Below, piece by piece: positions 52,687-61,857 of a stretch of 64,000 nt of DNA. Location of the stretch: the sequence record MN850590.1; one strand, given 5' to 3'. The first letter of the stretch is position 1; the number at the start of each line of letters is the position of its first letter. A program made the translations under genes and the position numbers. Below the pieces are notes generated by a model. It was not told the DNA's origin. It saw only the letters and a program-made list of their open reading frames with translations, and made no database searches. The stretch comes from Escherichia phage moha.

Positions 52687-52914
52687 CAAAACAAATGGAG
52701 AACAAAATGAAACTTTTGCTTATCGCTTATGTTGTAGTACAATACAATTATCCGATGTTTACGTATAACATGGTAAATGGTGTAATGAATCTTATTGAAG
52801 CGAGTATGGTAAAATGACCTGTGAAATGGATCTTATTTAATTTTTATAGAAATCAGGTTGATGCTCGTCAGAATGATTTGGTGAATTTTGTTGAAACTTT
52901 AATTGGTGAATAAT

Positions 52915-53445
52915 ATGAAAACTGTAATTGAAACGACTGAGTTGTTTGGTGATTTATGTATCGAAAAACGTGGTTATGCGTACGTTCTGACGCAAGAAGA
53001 TGATGTTGTTACTATTCTTCCTATGGAACTAGACAAGATTTTGAAACTCAATCCACCCGGTCATGCATCTGTAATTAACATTGATGAAGACCTTCAAGTT
53101 CGTTTTTATCACGGACTTTATAGTGGGGTTAATATCGAAACCGAAGATGAATGTTTTTCTATTAATAATTGGAAAACATTTGTCACTAAGGTGAAAGAAT
53201 TCATGGAATCTGAAACAGCCAAAAAGGCCAAACTTCAATGGGCTAAATGCCGTAATGCTTTTATTACAAATCAGGAACGCCCTGACTATACAACAGTCCT
53301 GGGAGTTAATCCTTCTTATGAAGACGGTGATGTCGTAGTTATTCGCCAAATTGATGACCTTCGTCAACATATCATTACATTAGACAAAGATGAGGCAGTT
53401 GCTCTTAAAGCTTATCTCGATTCTATTATCCCAACTTTGAAATAA
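52915..53445 (+). CDS. hypothetical protein (176 aa)
   Basis: ORF after a GGTGA Shine-Dalgarno. Confidence 0.5.
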   Translation: MKTVIETTELFGDLCIEKRGYAYVLTQEDDVVTILPMELDKILKLNPPGHASVINIDEDLQVRFYHGLYSGVNIETEDECFSINNWKTFVTKVKEFMESETAKKAKLQWAKCRNAFITNQERPDYTTVLGVNPSYEDGDVVVIRQIDDLRQHIITLDKDEAVALKAYLDSIIPTLK

Positions 53446-53454
53446 GGAATTATT

Positions 53455-53928
53455 ATGATTATCAATGAAAACTCTTGGCACTTTAAAATTTATGCCGCGT
53501 TCAATAGTACATGGAATCGTCCGAAAACGTTGTGTGCTTATTTTTGGAAAACGTTAATCCCGGTATTGTCTGTTTCAATTATTGGATTTGCGATTTTAGC
53601 AGCAGTCACAATCATTGGCCATGAAATTTTAACTAAATTCTTTGTTTTTAGCAGTCTATGGACATTAGTTCCAGCATCAATTGGTGTAGGCATTTTAATG
53701 GTAGCAGTCATGGCTTTTATTTCTACCGGGTTGGTAATTGGCCCGTCTTGGTTGTTAGACAAATATAACGACAGAAAATATTATAAAGAAATTGAGCTCA
53801 TTGCACAAAACCAAGAACGAATTAAAAATGGACTTGAGCCTATTGAACGTAAGAAATCATTAATAGGCGAATACCTTAAAGCTCGTAAAGAAAAAGTCTG
53901 TCCTACTCTTGAATATAAGGCTAAATGA
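53455..53928 (+). CDS. hypothetical membrane protein (157 aa)
   Basis: Multiple hydrophobic segments. Confidence 0.55.
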   Translation: MIINENSWHFKIYAAFNSTWNRPKTLCAYFWKTLIPVLSVSIIGFAILAAVTIIGHEILTKFFVFSSLWTLVPASIGVGILMVAVMAFISTGLVIGPSWLLDKYNDRKYYKEIELIAQNQERIKNGLEPIERKKSLIGEYLKARKEKVCPTLEYKAK

Positions 53929-54914
53929 TGAAAACAATTGTGAAAACTTATTTTGGTAGCCACCTTTATGGAACGTCTACCCCAGAATCTGACGTTGATT
54001 TTAAAGAAATTTATGTCCCTCATGCTCGTGATATCTTGACCGGTAACGTTAAAGAACACATGAGCAAGAACACGAATAACACATCTTCTAAGAACACAAA
54101 AGACGACGTGGACCATGAGTTGTATAGTCTCAAATATTTCTTTAAACTAGCTGCGGATGGTGAAACCGTCGCATTAGATATGCTTCACACTCCACAAAGT
54201 CTAGTAGTTAAATCTGATTTGCCTGATGTATGGAAGTATATTCAAGATAACAGGTCTCGTTTCTATACCACTAACATGAAATCTTATTTAGGGTATGTCC
54301 GTAAGCAAGCTTCTAAATACGGTGTCAAGGGTTCTCGACTGGCTGTTCTTCGTCAAGCCCTTAAACGTTCTAATGAATGGGGACAATACTTTGATAATGG
54401 TGCAGTAATTCGTTTATCACATATGAAGAATGTTCTGCCTGTAGGTGAATTTGCTTCGTGGGTTGAAACAGAAAACGAGAAAACAGGTAAGCAAACATTC
54501 TATAATCTGTTAGACCGTAAATTCCAAGATACGTTAACCAATAAAGAGTTCAATGCCATCCTGGTTAAACTGGAAGAGAACTACGGTGAACGTGCTCGTA
54601 AGGCAGAAGCCAACGAAGGTATTGACTGGAAAGCATTGAGTCATGCATGTCGTGGTGGACTTCAACTATTGGAAATTTACAAAACCGGCGACCTGGTTTA
54701 CCCACTTCAGGATGCTCCATTTATTCTCGATGTTAAGCTTGGTAAACATACGTTTAAAACTGTACAAGAATTCCTAGAAGATATCGTTGACCAAGTTGAA
54801 CAAGCATCAGAACAAGCCGCTAAGAACGGTATGCAACAAAAAGTAGATATGAGTTTCTGGGATGATTTCCTTGAGCAAGTCTATCTCGAAAATCATAATT
54901 CTTACTATAAATAA
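53925..54914 (+). CDS. nucleotidyltransferase-fold (Pol-beta superfamily) protein (329 aa)
   Basis: N-terminal YFGSHLYGTSTPESDVDF matches the hG[GS]x(9-13)Dh[DE] nucleotidyltransferase signature; ATGA overlap with the upstream gene. Confidence 0.55.
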   Translation: MMKTIVKTYFGSHLYGTSTPESDVDFKEIYVPHARDILTGNVKEHMSKNTNNTSSKNTKDDVDHELYSLKYFFKLAADGETVALDMLHTPQSLVVKSDLPDVWKYIQDNRSRFYTTNMKSYLGYVRKQASKYGVKGSRLAVLRQALKRSNEWGQYFDNGAVIRLSHMKNVLPVGEFASWVETENEKTGKQTFYNLLDRKFQDTLTNKEFNAILVKLEENYGERARKAEANEGIDWKALSHACRGGLQLLEIYKTGDLVYPLQDAPFILDVKLGKHTFKTVQEFLEDIVDQVEQASEQAAKNGMQQKVDMSFWDDFLEQVYLENHNSYYK

Positions 54915-54945
54915 ATAGATAAATAACCCTTAACTCGAGGTAAAT

Positions 54946-55212
54946 ATGAAAAAATTAGTAATTGGTTTATTCGCAGTAATGATGGCATTCTCTGTTGGTG
55001 CTACCACAGGTGCAGGAGCTGGTGGTAACCAGTCTTCTGGGCCTTCCAATGGTTCGGTAAATGCATCACATTCTCAGGGTATTGAGAACATTAAATCAAG
55101 CTATATTAATAGCACGGCCGGACAAGCAACTGAAGCATGGTCAAAGGGTCGAGTAGTTACTCGCTCCGTATTCTGTGATATGCCTAATTATGTTGCTAAG
55201 TGCGATAAGTAA
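54946..55212 (+). CDS. secreted glycine/serine-rich small protein (88 aa)
   Basis: Signal peptide and a C-terminal cysteine pair; followed by a terminator. Confidence 0.55.
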   Translation: MKKLVIGLFAVMMAFSVGATTGAGAGGNQSSGPSNGSVNASHSQGIENIKSSYINSTAGQATEAWSKGRVVTRSVFCDMPNYVAKCDK

Positions 55213-55216
55213 ATGT

Positions 55217-55238
55217 GGGGACCTTCGGGTCCCTTTAG
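55217..55238 (+). terminator. rho-independent terminator
   Basis: GGGGACC-ttcg-GGTCCC followed by TTT. Confidence 0.65.
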
Positions 55239-55263
55239 GGGGTTAAAATATTTAAAAAAGTAG

Positions 55264-55290
55264 TGTACATGCTTTTAGGATATGATACTA
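55264..55290 (+). promoter_or_regulatory. early-type promoter (-35 variant TGTACA, TG-a-TACTAT)
   Basis: Followed by the TAGACCTATCAAAACAAGAGGAG leader. Confidence 0.5.
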
Positions 55291-55321
55291 TAGACCTATC
55301 AAAACAAGAGGAGAAAACAAA

Positions 55322-55540
55322 ATGAAAACCAAAATGTTAGAAATGATTCGTGAAGCAGGTGATAAAGGTCTTATGGTTAACACTCGTGATGCAGACCAAC
55401 GTCAAGCATTCGGTGAACTGAAAGCTAAAGGTCTAGTTAAAGCATCCTTAGGAATAGGTAATGCATTACGAGTCACCTTAACCCCAGCCGGTAAAGCAGT
55501 GTTCTTTCAACCTCTTACCAAAAAATCTCGTCGCAAATAA
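55322..55540 (+). CDS. small basic protein, possible winged-helix DNA binder (72 aa)
   Basis: Sits between its own promoter and the next promoter; helix-turn-helix-like GELKAKGLVKASLG. Confidence 0.45.
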   Translation: MKTKMLEMIREAGDKGLMVNTRDADQRQAFGELKAKGLVKASLGIGNALRVTLTPAGKAVFFQPLTKKSRRK

Positions 55541-55542
55541 TT

Positions 55543-55571
55543 GTTTACTTTTGCTTTAAACATGTTATTAT
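55543..55571 (+). promoter_or_regulatory. early-type promoter
   Basis: GTTTAC, spacer, TG-t-TATTAT, followed by the TAGACCTATC leader. Confidence 0.55.
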
Positions 55572-55609
55572 AGACCTATCGAAACGAAATGAGTAAATTG
55601 GAGAATAAA

Positions 55610-56590
55610 ATGTTCAACGTTCAAATCAAAAAAGGTATCTATCGTAATAACGAAATCTCTGGTTCTTATGTTGCCACAAAGACCTGGTTCCCGGCAAAGC
55701 TTAATCCTGAATGTTCCCACTTAGGTGACGGTAAAATTTTCGTTATGATTGATGGTTCTGAACGTGGAGTATGGGTCTTCAAATCAGACATCGTAATGGA
55801 AGGAGTTGAGACATCACCAGTTGCAGTTGTTGAAAGCACTGAAGATATGAAAACTCGTATCAACAAACGCTTTAAAGTAATGAACATGATGACGAATGGT
55901 ATTATCGATGGCAAAATTCGTTCACTCATTATTTCAGGTGCAGCCGGTATTGGTAAGACGTATTCTCTGGATAAAGCACTTAATAATGCTAATGATAATG
56001 GTTTCATCAAATACAAAAGCATTAATGGTAAAATCTCTGGTATAGGTCTTTACGAACAACTTTGGCTCAACCGTGATGCAGACAGCGTTCTCTTAATCGA
56101 CGACGTTGACGTATTCTCGGATATGGACATCTTGAACCTTCTTAAAGCAGCATTAGATACCGGTGATAAACGCAAAGTTTGCTGGAGCACTGCATCATCT
56201 TATCTTGATGATAAGGGTATCGATAAAGAATTTGAGTTTGAAGGTACTATCGTTTTCATTACAAACGTTGATATCGATAAAGAGTTAGAACGTGGTTCGA
56301 AACTTGCTCCTCACCTTCAAGCTTTAGTATCTCGTTCAGTATATCTCGATCTTGGAGTACACTCTAATGAAGAGATTATGGTTCGAGTTGAAGATGTAAT
56401 ATTATCTACTGACATGATGCAGAAACGTGGCTTGACTGATGCTGAAACGTACAAAGCATTGTCCTGGATGAAGGCTAACGTATCTCGTCTTCGTAATGTG
56501 TCATTACGTACAGCTCTTTATGTAGCAGATTTTATTTCAACTGATAAAGATGGTTGGGAGGAAATCTCTGAAGTAACTTTACTGAAATAA
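55610..56590 (+). CDS. AAA-type P-loop ATPase (326 aa)
   Basis: Walker A ISGAAGIGKTYS and Walker B VLLIDDVD; roughly 120-aa N-terminal domain upstream of the ATPase core. Confidence 0.6.
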   Translation: MFNVQIKKGIYRNNEISGSYVATKTWFPAKLNPECSHLGDGKIFVMIDGSERGVWVFKSDIVMEGVETSPVAVVESTEDMKTRINKRFKVMNMMTNGIIDGKIRSLIISGAAGIGKTYSLDKALNNANDNGFIKYKSINGKISGIGLYEQLWLNRDADSVLLIDDVDVFSDMDILNLLKAALDTGDKRKVCWSTASSYLDDKGIDKEFEFEGTIVFITNVDIDKELERGSKLAPHLQALVSRSVYLDLGVHSNEEIMVRVEDVILSTDMMQKRGLTDAETYKALSWMKANVSRLRNVSLRTALYVADFISTDKDGWEEISEVTLLK

Positions 56591-56728
56591 GCTTATAGGA
56601 AGTTCTGAGGTAACAAAAGCCATAAAGATGAATAATCATATGGCTTACCTCAAAGAAGGACACCAGGAACCTACTGAGGGCATAGAAATATTTAAAAATA
56701 ATGATGTACAAATCAAAGAGGATATGTT

Positions 56729-57016
56729 ATGGATTTTATGCAAAAAATTAAAGCCGCAGTCGAACTCTATGCTCATCGTATGGTTAGTTCTACAATGCAA
56801 TATAGCGAGGAGGTTCGCCAGGATTCTTCCTTGAAAGGAAAAACTAAAGCCTTAATTACCTTAGACCGTTTGCAAAAGAATGCCATAGAGATGCTCCAGT
56901 ACGACAAGGGTGTATATAAGAAAGAACGGGAAGAGAAACTTAAATCTGAAAAATTACAAAAAATCCCGAAGTCTGTTTGGTTCAGTGGAAAAAATACCGA
57001 AAAAAGTTTCTTTTAG
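56729..57016 (+). CDS. hypothetical protein (95 aa)
   Basis: ATG 8 nt after an AAGAGGA Shine-Dalgarno; preferred over the overlapping 68-aa frame at 56628. Confidence 0.45.
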   Translation: MDFMQKIKAAVELYAHRMVSSTMQYSEEVRQDSSLKGKTKALITLDRLQKNAIEMLQYDKGVYKKEREEKLKSEKLQKIPKSVWFSGKNTEKSFF

Positions 57017-57018
57017 TT

Positions 57019-57047
57019 GTTTACAAGGTCTATGGTTATGTTATTAT
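57019..57047 (+). promoter_or_regulatory. early-type promoter
   Basis: GTTTAC, spacer, TG-t-TATTAT, followed by the TAGACCTATCAACTACTGGAGG leader. Confidence 0.55.
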
Positions 57048-57074
57048 AGACCTATCAACTACTGGAGGTAAAAC

Positions 57075-57602
57075 ATGAACGCTAAAGATATTTTCAACCT
57101 GGTAAATTATAACGACGGTAAATTTAAATCTGAAGCACAAAGCAAGTTCTTTAATGACGTTGCTTATGGTAACGAGATTACCGTGGACGGAGGACAGATT
57201 TTCAAATCTCGTTGGAATTGGATTGTTATCATCGATTCAGTTGGAATTGTGGAAGTCTACAAAAACACTAACAAAAAACGTACATTATTCTGGTCTCGTG
57301 AAACTAACGAGCAGTACAAAAAGGATAAAGCATCTCGTTTATCCAAAGTAACCCAGGAAGATATCGACTTCATCAAGAAAGATATCTTAATGTATGAAAA
57401 TTTAATCGCTGAAGACCAGGCAGTACTCGATAAGTTCGATGAAATTAAAGCTTCTCGAGAAATCCCTGACTTCATGAAAGAAACAGTAAACGAACGTTAC
57501 GCTCTCACTTCAGAACGTATCTTGAACTACACAAAACAGAAAGCAGAACGCATTAGTACTCTTCATAAATTCGAAGAACGTTTAAAGACGGTTCACGCAT
57601 AA
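57075..57602 (+). CDS. hypothetical protein (175 aa)
   Basis: ORF after a GGAGG Shine-Dalgarno. Confidence 0.55.
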   Translation: MNAKDIFNLVNYNDGKFKSEAQSKFFNDVAYGNEITVDGGQIFKSRWNWIVIIDSVGIVEVYKNTNKKRTLFWSRETNEQYKKDKASRLSKVTQEDIDFIKKDILMYENLIAEDQAVLDKFDEIKASREIPDFMKETVNERYALTSERILNYTKQKAERISTLHKFEERLKTVHA

Positions 57603-57664
57603 ACGCTTTACCCAAGGACGGGTTATAATGGTTCTGAGTTCCAATTCAATCTGAGGAAATAGTT

Positions 57665-58636
57665 ATGAGTATTACATCTGATGCAGTAAAACATGAAATT
57701 GCCGGTTTATGTGCTTCACAGATTAAAGTATGGTTTGATGGACATAATGATCGACGTTCACTCAATTATGAGCAAATCGCTATTCAGGTTCACCAATTAC
57801 TGGTTAGTAAATTTGATTTCCACATGCCGTCTGAAATCTATACTAATCTGCCACGAGCAATCATTAAAGCATGTAAAGGCTACGGAAAATCAATGGCAGA
57901 TGGAATCTTCAACGCGTTGAATAAACTTAACGTTCTGTCGATGATTAACTCTAATAATATATTGCGTAATCTCGGACGTACCGATTTGTTTGGACGTGAA
58001 CAGGGTAAAATGCCTTTGAAACAGATTATTGCTCATCTTAACCAGAACCAAACACGTTTTCTGGCTGTAGCAGCTCGCTTACAGACTGGCTTAGACCGAC
58101 AGATGAACTTTAAAACTCATCCACGTTATTCAGGTTCATCTGAGTTCTTTAATTGTGAATTACAAAAAGTTGCTGGTAAAACGGTCTTAGTGGTTCGTGT
58201 AACGTTTGAAGGACGACGTCAAGGATATTTTGACTTAATCGGTTCTGGGCTTAAACACTGTGGATTTATTGACGAAGTTGATATCAAGCGTGACGGCATT
58301 GGATATCGTATTGGGTATGTTTGTACTCTTAAAGAAGAAGAAATTTCAGAACCAGTGCCACCTAAGGTTAAAGCTCCTAAAGAAGTTACATACGATATTA
58401 ACCGAGATGATGCTCTTCAAGGCCTTATTGATGAACTAAACGAGGAAGTTATTCCAGTACAGAAATTTGAATCAAAGCACGCTGAGCAAATCAAATACTT
58501 TGAAGCTTTGATTAACGAACTTAATGTAACTATTCAACAGACCGACGATGAAATCTCACGATTAGCAGGGATGAACGGTAAAAATAAAACAGAACGAGCT
58601 AATCTCATTCAAGTAGTAAAACTTCTTAAGGATTAA
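57665..58636 (+). CDS. hypothetical protein with C-terminal coiled coil (323 aa)
   Basis: ORF after a GAGGAAA Shine-Dalgarno. Confidence 0.55.
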   Translation: MSITSDAVKHEIAGLCASQIKVWFDGHNDRRSLNYEQIAIQVHQLLVSKFDFHMPSEIYTNLPRAIIKACKGYGKSMADGIFNALNKLNVLSMINSNNILRNLGRTDLFGREQGKMPLKQIIAHLNQNQTRFLAVAARLQTGLDRQMNFKTHPRYSGSSEFFNCELQKVAGKTVLVVRVTFEGRRQGYFDLIGSGLKHCGFIDEVDIKRDGIGYRIGYVCTLKEEEISEPVPPKVKAPKEVTYDINRDDALQGLIDELNEEVIPVQKFESKHAEQIKYFEALINELNVTIQQTDDEISRLAGMNGKNKTERANLIQVVKLLKD

Positions 58637-58638
58637 TA

Positions 58639-58839
58639 ATGGAAATTATTTGTTTTATTTTTGTATATATTGTGTTAGGGTTCATTATAGTAATGATTGG
58701 ACGAAACCACATGGAAATTAGTTCAGGCGGTGAAGCTGTATTTGCCACATTTATTTGGCCTATTCTTGCTTTATTTGGAATAGTTTGGATTGTATCCTGG
58801 CCTTTAGCTAAACTTTATGAAAAAATATTTAGACTATAA
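58639..58839 (+). CDS. small membrane protein (66 aa)
   Basis: Two hydrophobic helices; coupled to the upstream gene. Confidence 0.45.
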   Translation: MEIICFIFVYIVLGFIIVMIGRNHMEISSGGEAVFATFIWPILALFGIVWIVSWPLAKLYEKIFRL

Positions 58840-58858
58840 TACGAAAATTGGAACATGT

Positions 58859-58920
58859 AATGAATGCATTAAAATCATAAAACAGTTTACAACCAAGGAT
58901 GGTTGGAGTATAATAAATCT
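58859..58920 (+). repeat. 62-bp repeat, copy A (gene 3' end plus early promoter)
   Basis: AATGAATGCATTAAAATCATAAAA-c-AGTTTACAACCAAGGATGGTTGGAGTATAAT-a-AATCT; two mismatches against copy B; includes GTTTAC and TATAAT. Confidence 0.8.
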
Positions 58921-58940
58921 TTCAACATGAGGAATACAAA

Positions 58941-59870
58941 ATGGCTTTTATTACACGCAAAGAACTTATCAAAGAATTTACTTCGTATAACGACAAAACC
59001 ACCTACCCTAAGCGTAAAGCTCGGACTCCTGCGCAGATTGAACAGATATGTGCGTACTACGGGATTAATTCTCGCAAATTCAGCGACTTTGAATGTGCTA
59101 CCAATGTGCCTGTTAAAGAGCTCACTAAAAATGGCGAGTTCGCTCGTGTTCTGGCTAAACAGAAACTTCGTAATTTTTGTATTGGCGGCGAAGGCCAATA
59201 TTTTGCTAAGCAGTTCCGAAATAACCTTAACAATCTGATGGCTATTGCTTCTCGTATTCGTTCGCAATCAGTTAACATGAAGCATCTGAAGTATACTTAC
59301 GATAAGTTAGAAATCATGGTTATCAGTGAGAACGAGTTCACTCTCACATATAAACCCGAGAACGATAACGTCGCTCGTGTATTCAACCAAGCGTTGGAAG
59401 TGTTAGGCGATAATATTCATCAGATTAAAGCAATTTATTCTCGTGAGCTTAATATTATCGACCCTGTCAAGAATAAGGGTCATATCGCTATTCAAGCTCG
59501 TGTATCTGTTGGTAAAAAAGTTCCTGCACCGTGGTGGCACAAAGACTCTGAGTATTACCAAAATCTTAAAAAGGAAAATGCAATGTTCGAAGGCAATATT
59601 ACAGCAACACCAGTCGGTAATGCAGAGGTTCTAAGCGCATATTCTACTGCTCCATCTATATACACTTCCGCGACGACTAAACTGGAAATCTCTAACAACC
59701 TTCTTCCAGCCGAAGATTACCATTACAACCAAATCAAGGTCACTGTGGACCAACTGTCTGTTGAACTTGACAAAGCACAAGCTAAGCTTCGTGATGCTCA
59801 AAGTGTTGTAACGAATCTCCAGTTGCAGTATTCTAAACTTTTTAACGCAATGAATGCATTAAAATCATAA
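58941..59870 (+). CDS. hypothetical protein with C-terminal coiled coil (309 aa)
   Basis: ORF after a GAGGAA Shine-Dalgarno; its last codons (...NAMNALKS) lie inside repeat copy B. Confidence 0.55.
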   Translation: MAFITRKELIKEFTSYNDKTTYPKRKARTPAQIEQICAYYGINSRKFSDFECATNVPVKELTKNGEFARVLAKQKLRNFCIGGEGQYFAKQFRNNLNNLMAIASRIRSQSVNMKHLKYTYDKLEIMVISENEFTLTYKPENDNVARVFNQALEVLGDNIHQIKAIYSRELNIIDPVKNKGHIAIQARVSVGKKVPAPWWHKDSEYYQNLKKENAMFEGNITATPVGNAEVLSAYSTAPSIYTSATTKLEISNNLLPAEDYHYNQIKVTVDQLSVELDKAQAKLRDAQSVVTNLQLQYSKLFNAMNALKS

Positions 59871-59910
59871 AATAGTTTACAACCAAGGATGGTTGGAGTA
59901 TAATGAATCT
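59849..59910 (+). repeat. 62-bp repeat, copy B
   Basis: Near-identical to 58859-58920; spans the 3' end of the 58941-59870 ORF and the promoter of the next gene. Confidence 0.8.
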
Positions 59911-59932
59911 ATCTTAACGAGAGGAAAATATT

Positions 59933-60883
59933 ATGACACGTTCACATTACATTGAATACTTTGCAGGTCTTATCGCTAACGTTCATGCCCAACGTGCTTC
60001 TGGTGCACTAGGATTTGATGTTCCACACCGAGATGTAGTAAGTGGTATTCTTCGCGATTTTGGTACATACATAGGCCAAGAAAATCATATCTGTAAAGAT
60101 ACTCAAAATGCGTATTCTCATTCGTTAGGGACGTTGCTTCAATGGTTCAAACGTTCTCGTTTATTATCTTCTACTGTAGCTCGCGATAACATTAAAAACT
60201 TTATGAAGCCGAGCTTTATTAAATCTGTGACATCTAAAACCGATTTGGTTGAATTCACTATTGTTAATGATGTTAAAAAGACTCATTTGGCTGATTGGTT
60301 ATCTACCATTCCTGAAACTAAATTTGCTGATAAATTTGCTTGTGAATTCAATAACCAAGTGAATATGCTTTTTAAACATTCTCGTAAATTATTCACAGGC
60401 GGCGATGATCGTACAAATAAAGTTCATGTTAAAGATTGGGTTACTGCAGTATTCAAACCAACCGGTAATGGTAACGCATCATTATCAATTGATATCCAGG
60501 TTCCTTATTACTACTCACGTAATCTCGGTACCATGAAAGCCGAAGAAATTAATAAGCGCAACAAAACCATTCGTTCGCTGTCTTATAAACTTCGCATGAT
60601 GTTAAGAATCATGGACGTGGTAGAAATGTATGATGAAACCGAAGATAATGGTTCAATGTTATACAGTTCTCGCATTCAAATTAAGTTGAAGAACCCTAAC
60701 GAGTATAAGCCTAAGCCTATTAAAGAGCCTAAAGCAGAAAAAGTTGATAACTTAAGAGAAGAACGCGAATATCTCAAATCTCGTCTGAAAGAAGTCGAAG
60801 CCCAGATTGCAGAACAAACTAAATCGTTAAAAGCTCTGAATGCGAAAGCGGATGGTTTACGAAATGCCATTGAGGTGTTATAA
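59933..60883 (+). CDS. hypothetical protein with C-terminal coiled coil (316 aa)
   Basis: ORF after a GAGGAAAA Shine-Dalgarno. Confidence 0.55.
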   Translation: MTRSHYIEYFAGLIANVHAQRASGALGFDVPHRDVVSGILRDFGTYIGQENHICKDTQNAYSHSLGTLLQWFKRSRLLSSTVARDNIKNFMKPSFIKSVTSKTDLVEFTIVNDVKKTHLADWLSTIPETKFADKFACEFNNQVNMLFKHSRKLFTGGDDRTNKVHVKDWVTAVFKPTGNGNASLSIDIQVPYYYSRNLGTMKAEEINKRNKTIRSLSYKLRMMLRIMDVVEMYDETEDNGSMLYSSRIQIKLKNPNEYKPKPIKEPKAEKVDNLREEREYLKSRLKEVEAQIAEQTKSLKALNAKADGLRNAIEVL

Positions 60884-61188
60884 TGAAACTACGTCTTTTA
60901 GAGGATATTGATATGAGCACTAATCATGGCTTGGTTAAGTTTATTGACGATAGTTCAAAGATTGAATTTGTTCAGCGAGATAAAATCCACGGTGAAGAAG
61001 AGTTCGTTCCTCCGGCATGGAACGAAATAATGAAAATGGTTGAACGACGTGAAAATGCTGCCAAATCGGCAGCAAAACATCCATGTCCGGAATGTGGAAC
61101 TATCCAAGTCCAACTGGTTAACTGGACCAGTGATAACTTGAAATTGAAATGCCGTAAATGCTTCCACAAATTTGAGAGAACATTATAA
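60883..61188 (+). CDS. zinc-ribbon small protein (101 aa)
   Basis: CPECG...CRKC motif. Confidence 0.5.
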   Translation: MKLRLLEDIDMSTNHGLVKFIDDSSKIEFVQRDKIHGEEEFVPPAWNEIMKMVERRENAAKSAAKHPCPECGTIQVQLVNWTSDNLKLKCRKCFHKFERTL

Positions 61189-61601
61189 TGAGATATAGCC
61201 TTCGTTGTTTTATCGCAGCTTTAGTTTTTGCTATTATTCCATTCATTTGGAACAGCCAGAATACTTACATGGAAACTAAAGTAATTCCTGTGGAGGTAGT
61301 GGAATTAATCTCAGGTCAATCTACAGGAAAATATTCTAAATTAGAATTTATTGCAGTCTATAAAGATGAGCAAGGACGAGTTTTTGACAGGCGTGTATCG
61401 CCATCGTTTTATACGCTTCTGAATAAAGGTGATACGATAGCTATAGAAATTCGTGAGATGGATATCAAACAAACTACCAAAGATAACTTGATTTGGTTCT
61501 TTGGTACAGTGTTGTTGGTTTCTATCTGTATCACAGGTTTTATTACATGTATTGTATTTGGCATTGCATATTTAATTGATGAAAGGAAAAATAATGTTTA
61601 A
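61188..61601 (+). CDS. hypothetical membrane protein (137 aa)
   Basis: N- and C-terminal hydrophobic helices. Confidence 0.5.
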   Translation: MRYSLRCFIAALVFAIIPFIWNSQNTYMETKVIPVEVVELISGQSTGKYSKLEFIAVYKDEQGRVFDRRVSPSFYTLLNKGDTIAIEIREMDIKQTTKDNLIWFFGTVLLVSICITGFITCIVFGIAYLIDERKNNV

Positions 61602-61857
61602 AGTGTACGGGTATGACTCTACTATTCATAAATGCATTTATTGTGATAATGCGAAACGATTGCTGACTGTTAAGAAACAACCATTCGAATTCATTAATGT
61701 TATGCCGGAAAAAGGTGTGTTCGATGATGAGAAAATTACTGAGCTTCTGGTTAAGCTTGGACGTGAATCACAAGTTGGATTGACTATGCCTCAGGTGTTT
61801 GCTCCTGACGGAAGTCACATTGGTGGATTTGACCAACTACGAGAATATTTTAAATGA
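61594..61857 (+). CDS. nrdC: glutaredoxin/thioredoxin
   Basis: Translation MFKVYGYDSTIHKCIYCDNAKRLL... with a CxxC active site; recognisable as T4 NrdC, 87 aa from the ATG at 61594. Confidence 0.93.
   Translation: MFKVYGYDSTIHKCIYCDNAKRLLTVKKQPFEFINVMPEKGVFDDEKITELLVKLGRESQVGLTMPQVFAPDGSHIGGFDQLREYFK

Noticed and set aside
55545-55553. MotA-box-like TTTGCTTTA (middle promoter element) overlapping the early promoter at 55543
   Set aside because: Spacing to the -10 (about 7 nt) does not fit the roughly 12-nt spacing of T4 middle promoters; probably a coincidental match.
56628-56834. 68-aa ORF overlapping the 5' end of the 56729-57016 gene
   Set aside because: No Shine-Dalgarno; the alternative frame starting at 56729 has a good AAGAGGA ribosome-binding site and a more protein-like translation.
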